Assembly: GCA_963668625.2 (NCBI GenBank)
Contig: CAXXKA010000001.1
Span: forward strand, 32,001 to 96,000
DNA length: 64,000 nucleotides
Origin: an uncultured candidate division Zixibacteria bacterium
GTDB lineage: Bacteria > Zixibacteria > MSB-5A5 > UBA10806 > 4484-95
Reading direction: 5' to 3'
The notes beneath the pieces were generated by a model, which was given only the letters and a program-made list of their open reading frames with translations, did no database searches and was not told the DNA's origin. This document shows positions 59,067 to 64,000 of the stretch, piece after piece. A program made the position numbers and the translations under genes. Position 1 is the stretch's first letter. Each line of letters begins with the position of its first letter.

Positions 59067-59819
59067 CTAAAAAACGAATTTCAATCCATTATCCAGCGAG
59101 AGATCATAATGTTTTATCGAGAAAGGAGGCTTGCTGTCGTAACGGTATTTTATCGAACTGATAAAGGAAATATTTTCGGAGATGAATATTGATAACTCAC
59201 CTTCATCCAGTATACGGTAGTCCTCGAATTCATCCAATTTAGGCTGGAAATAAACCGCATTCCTGAATTTTACCGTATTATTAAGATTGAACCTGGTTGA
59301 AAGATATACGCTCCCCCTGATTATTTCCGATATCGAACGATCCGAGAGTTCTTCGTACTCGTACATGAATGTCAAACCATTGGCCACTAAGGTCTGTTTG
59401 TCATTGATATATAAAATTCTGATTCCGGTTCCTGCCAGGCGGCGTTCCTCCAGTTCCTGTGATTTATCGTACTGGGCCTGTAAAAATAGTTCATAGACGA
59501 AATGGTTCGTTATATCAAGGTTATACCTAACATGAGAGAAACCCTCGCTGATAATATCCTGGTCATCGCTGGAAACCAGGTCTAAATCGTTTAGCATGAA
59601 CATCTGGTGTCTTCCCATGCGCCAGACCACGTTCGGCGCCAGACCAAACTCGATCAACTCGGAATTACCCATAGTTACCGCATAGGTAAGGCTGATACTC
59701 CCCGAAAATCCCGATTTTTTCAAACCCATCCGCTTGCGTTCGGTGTTAACCTGGGCGAATGATGCCGAACTCGCCAATAGAACCAGGATCATAGTTATTA
59801 AAATCTTATTCGTTTTCAT
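59067..59819 (-). CDS. DUF481-like outer-membrane beta-barrel
   Basis: Signal peptide (SFA-Q), alternating beta pattern, C-terminal Phe. Confidence 0.7.
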   Translation of the reverse strand: MKTNKILITMILVLLASSASFAQVNTERKRMGLKKSGFSGSISLTYAVTMGNSELIEFGLAPNVVWRMGRHQMFMLNDLDLVSSDDQDIISEGFSHVRYNLDITNHFVYELFLQAQYDKSQELEERRLAGTGIRILYINDKQTLVANGLTFMYEYEELSDRSISEIIRGSVYLSTRFNLNNTVKFRNAVYFQPKLDEFEDYRILDEGELSIFISENISFISSIKYRYDSKPPFSIKHYDLSLDNGLKFVF

Positions 59820-60025
59820 AATGCTGTAATAATTATCTAATTGACAATAATAATGCAAGTGAAGAATTATACGAATAACAGTAGACTTCAATAATAAATT
59901 AGTGAGATTACAGCGATCCTATCAGGCAGGTGGTAGAAAAATGTAATAAAGAATATATTGCCAAAAAACGGTTTTCCATTATATTATGGTATTATTCTAA
60001 TGATCAATAACGAGAGGAGGCATTT

Positions 60026-61030
60026 ATGAAACGTATCGTGCTGTCGGCGATATTATTATTGCTATTTGGCAGCATCCCGCTAATGGCCCAGGTAAGTCTT
60101 CAGCAATGCTACAACGAGGCTGAACCAAACGCCGGGTACGATAAGTACATCGAGCTCGATCCGGCTATGGAGTATTACGGCGATTTGAGTCTTTATAACG
60201 CCGGCGATATCTGTATCATGGGCAACGGCGCTAAAATCGTGGTTGACCCGGATGATTCCAACCCGATACTGATTACAGTAGCCGCGACTCATCTTGATAT
60301 ACAAAATTGTGTCTTTATCGGTGGGATTGGCGCGATTTATTGCACTGCCAATGCCTCCGGGGATATTCATAACAACACTATGGTTAACCACTCATCCGCC
60401 GCTATTCACACCTATGCGATCGGTGGAACCAACCAGTTATATATCTATGATAATATCATCACCGGTTGTTATGATGGTATTCTCTGTATCGAGGATCAAA
60501 TACCGAGCTATTTTGGTTTTAATACGGTTTATGACTGCACCCGCTATCGATACGCCGAATACTGCGATGAGTGAGGGGGCGGCACTTATTATACTATTTC
60601 CCCCGGTTCGGGGGATCAAGACTTAGACCCTCAGTTTATTGAACCATCCAACAACGATTATAGACTTAACGAGAATTCGCCGTGTATCGGCACGGGCCGC
60701 TACTCCGGTGATAGAGGTGCGTTACCTTTCGTGCCCACAGGTATCGTGGATGGCGATATTTTACCCGAAGCGTTCGAGCTTCATGCCAACTACCCCAACC
60801 CGTTCAACGCCCGGACGATGATAAATTATTCGCTGGATGAACCGGGTATGGTTACGATTAGCGTCTACGATATTCTCGGTCGGAAGATCGAGAATGTCAT
60901 GAGCGGTTATCAGGAGGCAGGCTATCACTCATTGACCTGGGATGCCGGCAGTATGTCCTCGGGTATTTATTTCTACCATATCACCTCCGGCGATAACAGT
61001 CAGACACGGAGAATGACATTAATAAAGTAA
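60026..61030 (+). CDS. Secreted beta-helix protein with NYPNPFN C-terminal domain; probable selenoprotein (in-frame TGA at 60572-60574, CxxU)
   Basis: Track ORFs 60026-60574 and 60731-61030 share a frame with one TGA between them; the read-through segment is protein-like; SECIS-like hairpin downstream. Confidence 0.7.
60599..60615 (+). promoter_or_regulatory. Candidate bacterial SECIS hairpin
   Basis: TCCCCCG-GTT-CGGGGGA, apical G about 31 nt after the UGA. Confidence 0.55.
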
Positions 61031-61054
61031 GTTACTACGTTTTGTGATAATTAT

Positions 61055-61084
61055 AAAAGCCGGTTTTACGACCGGCTTTTTTAT
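61055..61084 (+). terminator. Intrinsic terminator
   Basis: AAAAGCCGGT-TTTACG-ACCGGCTTTTTT. Confidence 0.8.
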
Positions 61085-61197
61085 ACCATCAATTCGATCG
61101 AGAGAAGCGATTAAAGTCCCGTAATGTATCACTCGCGATGGCTAACGCCGAGGATTTTGCCATTGAAAACAAATGACTGGGAGTATTTTTTCACTAA

Positions 61198-61309
61198 GCA
61201 GGAAGGAATCCACTCCTTCCTGCTTTTTGCATACAGTATGTCACCGGTAAAAGATAAACAAAGGGCTTCGTCCGCCCAGCGACTCGTAAGACAGATTTTT
61301 CAACAATCC
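61198..61309. repeat. MITE-like element copy C (inverted relative to B)
   Basis: CATACAGTATGTCACCGGTAAAAGATAAACAAAGGGCTTCGTCCGCCC resembles the reverse complement of the copy B interior; ends TTTTTCAACAATCC. Confidence 0.55.
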
Positions 61310-61520
61310 TCATGAGATGGGGCGCCCCATTATTACAAAAATATTTGAGTCATAAAAAGCCACGATAGTCTCCTAAATCATTTAAACTGTTAATTTTAAT
61401 GCTAAGATAAAGGCATGAATATTGCCTGTATTAGTATATATAAAAATGGTGTCAAGAATGAAACCGGAGGGATTGAAATCAGAGTTTAAAGTAGCAAAAG
61501 GTAACCTTTTGAATACAAAA

Positions 61521-62815
61521 ATTAGTGTAAATTCAATTGTGTAAATTTGTATTTATTGATGTATTAAAGAATTACGGGTATATCCAGCAGAAAACGCTAA
61601 TCTTCAAGGAGGATATACCCGTGAAACCACTTAGGTTTGCTGATGAAAATGTAGGTTATGTATTTGCCGGAGTCAAGAGTTATTGGGAGGAGGATGTTCG
61701 GGGTGTGGTGTTGAAGCATGCTCGCCGTCATTTGGAACGGATGTTGAATGTTGAGTTTAGGATAGCGGTTGGCTGCGGAAAGTATGAGCGGAGTGAGGAG
61801 CGGGCGGATTATCGGAATGGTTATTACCGTCGGGGTTTGCTGAGTTTATACGGCTGGTTAGAGGAGGTAAAGGTTCCCCGGCTGCGTTATGGCAGCTTTG
61901 AGTCGAGTGTCTTGCGGAAGCACAAACGGCGTTCGCAGCTATTGGATCGGCTGATTTTAGAGGGCTTTCTGCTTGGTCATTCTACCCGCAAGACAGCACG
62001 GATGTTCAAGCGGGCCTATGGTGAAAGCATCAGCGCCCAGGCTGTCTCGAACGTAGTTAAGGCATTAAACGATGAGGTTGGCAGCTTCCACTGTCGGGCT
62101 TTGGGCGATGATTATCGTTTTATTCATCTGGATGGTTTATGGGTGAAGATAACCTCTCCGGTTAAGGTGAAGAAGGTGTTGCTTGTGGCCTACGGTGTCC
62201 GTCACGATGGCAGCCGTGAGCTTATCGACTTCATGCTGGCTGGCTCTGAGAGCGAGGCCTACTGGTGGGGCTTTCTGTCGGATCTCAAGCAGCGAGGTCT
62301 GCGCGGTCATTTGTTGGAGGTTGTTGTTCACGATGGTGGTAAGGGGCTGATTAAAGCTCTGGCCGGGTTATATCCGCGGGTGAAATCACAGCAATGTGTC
62401 TTCCACAAGCTGTCGAATATCAGCCAGAATCTGGATGAACGTAAAAACCGCAGCCGAATCACCAGGGATGCTGCTGCGGTCTATCAGGCCGAGACGGAGA
62501 AAGAGTTGAAGGCACGATTGAAAGCTTTCAAGGCCAAATGGCGATTGAAAGAACCTAAAGCTGTTCGATCATTTATTCGCGGCTTTGATCGAACACTGAT
62601 TTATCGAGAATATGCTGAACCTGAAAGAACTCAAATAAAGACCAATAATCCTCTGGAGCGATATCTGGAGGAATTGCAAAGGAGGATAAAACCGTTCAGG
62701 AAATTTGTTAATGCCAAAAGTGTTGATCGAATCGTTTATGGAATAGTCGCTTATGTGCTGGATAACCGAAAATCTGAAAATCATTACAAATTTACACAAT
62801 TCCCTTGATAAGATC
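61521..62815 (+). mobile_element. IS256-family insertion sequence (1295 bp)
   Basis: 8-bp TSD ATACAAAA (61513-61520, 62816-62823); subterminal IR AATTGTGTAAATTTGTA 14 nt inside each end. Confidence 0.88.
61621..62808 (+). CDS. IS256-family (Mutator-like) DDE transposase
   Basis: YRNGYY.R, VPRLR, HLDG, HDG, QQCVFH, TNNPLER; GTG at 61621 after AAGGAGG. Confidence 0.92.
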   Translation: MKPLRFADENVGYVFAGVKSYWEEDVRGVVLKHARRHLERMLNVEFRIAVGCGKYERSEERADYRNGYYRRGLLSLYGWLEEVKVPRLRYGSFESSVLRKHKRRSQLLDRLILEGFLLGHSTRKTARMFKRAYGESISAQAVSNVVKALNDEVGSFHCRALGDDYRFIHLDGLWVKITSPVKVKKVLLVAYGVRHDGSRELIDFMLAGSESEAYWWGFLSDLKQRGLRGHLLEVVVHDGGKGLIKALAGLYPRVKSQQCVFHKLSNISQNLDERKNRSRITRDAAAVYQAETEKELKARLKAFKAKWRLKEPKAVRSFIRGFDRTLIYREYAEPERTQIKTNNPLERYLEELQRRIKPFRKFVNAKSVDRIVYGIVAYVLDNRKSENHYKFTQFP

Positions 62816-62904
62816 ATACAAAAGGATTGTCATAATAACGATTGACAAACGTCCTATTAATGCTACATTTTAAATAAATGCGAAAGTCAATGCAAGGAGA
62901 TAAA

Positions 62905-64000
62905 ATGCGCAAACCAACTACCATTATAACGTTACTCGTGGTTATGGTGTTTTCATTGTCATATGCCGGGGATTACGATCCGACCGCGGAAATAGAAGCG
63001 GTTAAGGCTAAAATCGCTGCCGAGGGACTTGGTTGGCAGGCCGGCTATAACCCGGTTTTAGATATCCCGCCGGAGGAACGCGATAACCTTCTGGGACTAT
63101 ATATCCCCGATGATGTTCGGGCTCGTTTCGAATATCTTAACAGCCTGCCCCAACCGGCTCTTCTGACAACCCATGATTATTTCGACTGGCGCGAGTTCGA
63201 TTGCGTGTCACCGGTTGATGATCAACGTACCTGTGGTTCCTGCTGGGATTTCGCGGCTACGCACGCTTTCGAGTCGGCGTATATAATCGCTACCGGCGAG
63301 GTGGAGGATTTCTCCGAACAGCAGAGCCTTGTTTGCAATACCGGCGGTTCCGACTGCGGCGGCGGCTGGATGGAGGATACCTACGAGGTGTTCATGGACT
63401 ACGGCGCGATCGAGGAGGAGTGCATGCCTTATCGTGCTAATGATAACTACCCCTGCACCCAGGATGAATGCAATCCGGTGGCGTATCTCAACGGTTATAT
63501 CGATGTCGCCAATAATGTCAATTCGATTAAAAATGCGCTTATGTACGGCCCGCTGTCGACTACCTTTACTGTCTATGATGATTTTTACTCTTATCATGGC
63601 GGATGCTATGATCACCCTGATGTCGAGCCACTCAATCACGCCGTGGTTATCGTTGGTTGGGATGATAATATGTGTGATGGCGAAGGCGCCTGGATTGTCA
63701 AGAATAGCTGGAACACCTCGTTCGGTGTTGATGGCTTTTTCTATATGAAATACACTGCCGCCGGTATCGGCGATTTCAGCCAACGTCCCGTATATGCCGA
63801 TATAGAATTACCGCAGCTTTCACTGGCCCCTGACTCAATCGGCGTTGAGCTTGTCTCCGGCGCTACCGAGACGATTAATCTCGAGATGGATAATGGCGGC
63901 GAGGGACCTCTTCGCTATAAAATCGGCCTCGGTCAGCCAGAGGGGCAGGATGAGTTCGGTTATTACTGGCGCGACAGTAACGATAACGACGGCCCCCAGT
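62905..64000 (+). CDS. Secreted C1A papain-family cysteine protease (runs off window; absent from the track)
   Basis: SD AAGGAG, signal peptide, FDWR, QRTCGSCWDFAA, SEQQ, LNHAVVIVGW, WIVKNSW. Confidence 0.9.
   Translation, partial: MRKPTTIITLLVVMVFSLSYAGDYDPTAEIEAVKAKIAAEGLGWQAGYNPVLDIPPEERDNLLGLYIPDDVRARFEYLNSLPQPALLTTHDYFDWREFDCVSPVDDQRTCGSCWDFAATHAFESAYIIATGEVEDFSEQQSLVCNTGGSDCGGGWMEDTYEVFMDYGAIEEECMPYRANDNYPCTQDECNPVAYLNGYIDVANNVNSIKNALMYGPLSTTFTVYDDFYSYHGGCYDHPDVEPLNHAVVIVGWDDNMCDGEGAWIVKNSWNTSFGVDGFFYMKYTAAGIGDFSQRPVYADIELPQLSLAPDSIGVELVSGATETINLEMDNGGEGPLRYKIGLGQPEGQDEFGYYWRDSNDNDGPQ

Noticed and set aside
60572-60574. Genome-wide UGA reassignment (code 4 or 25) as the cause of the in-frame TGA
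   Set aside because: Other genes (sixA, rimJ-like, Mod, Res, transposase) end at TGA at their expected C-termini, and long genes have no internal TGA.
60731-61030. Stand-alone 99-aa secretion-tail protein
   Set aside because: It has no signal peptide or passenger domain and is better explained as the C-terminus of the 60026 gene.
63208-63783. Track ORFs 63208-63783 (-) and 63329-63748 (+)
   Set aside because: Shadows of the C1A protease frame starting at 62905.
1-64000. CRISPR array, cas operon or rRNA
   Set aside because: No regularly spaced repeat-spacer array and no rRNA-like sequence seen; the Cas2-like fold guess at 24502 has no cas context.

Overview
Bacterial chromosomal window in the standard genetic code (several genes end normally in TGA). 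The gene content and a 'NYPNPFN' secretion/FlgD-type tail suggest an anaerobic FCB-group organism such as Zixibacteria; this is an inference. Four blocks. (1) 1-12.5 kb: housekeeping genes (tadA, single-chain homoaconitase plus MmgE/PrpD, proC, sixA, gltX, tRNA-Gln), a secreted papain-like protease pair and several REP-like palindromes. (2) 12,563-32,139: an AT-rich 19.6-kb integrative element at the 3' end of tRNA-Gln(CTG), bounded by CCAGCTTT repeats. It carries a large serine recombinase whose C-terminus is swapped by integration, a prim-pol/P4-type primase-helicase, a type III-like R-M pair, a resolvase, a probable TA pair, and a highly structured ~310-nt RNA enclosing an unannotated 43-aa ORF next to a GIY-YIG gene. 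(3) 32-55 kb: anaerobic redox region with an Orange-protein (orp)-like cluster, an Hmc-like membrane complex with an NrfD-hexaheme fusion, two OrpR-like sigma54 activators and three sigma54 promoters. (4) 55-64 kb: glnS, a probable secreted selenoprotein (CxxU plus SECIS-like hairpin) that the ORF track splits in two, a complete IS256-family element with an 8-bp TSD, and a C1A protease running off the window end. All calls come from reading motifs by eye; no database searches or folding programs were run.
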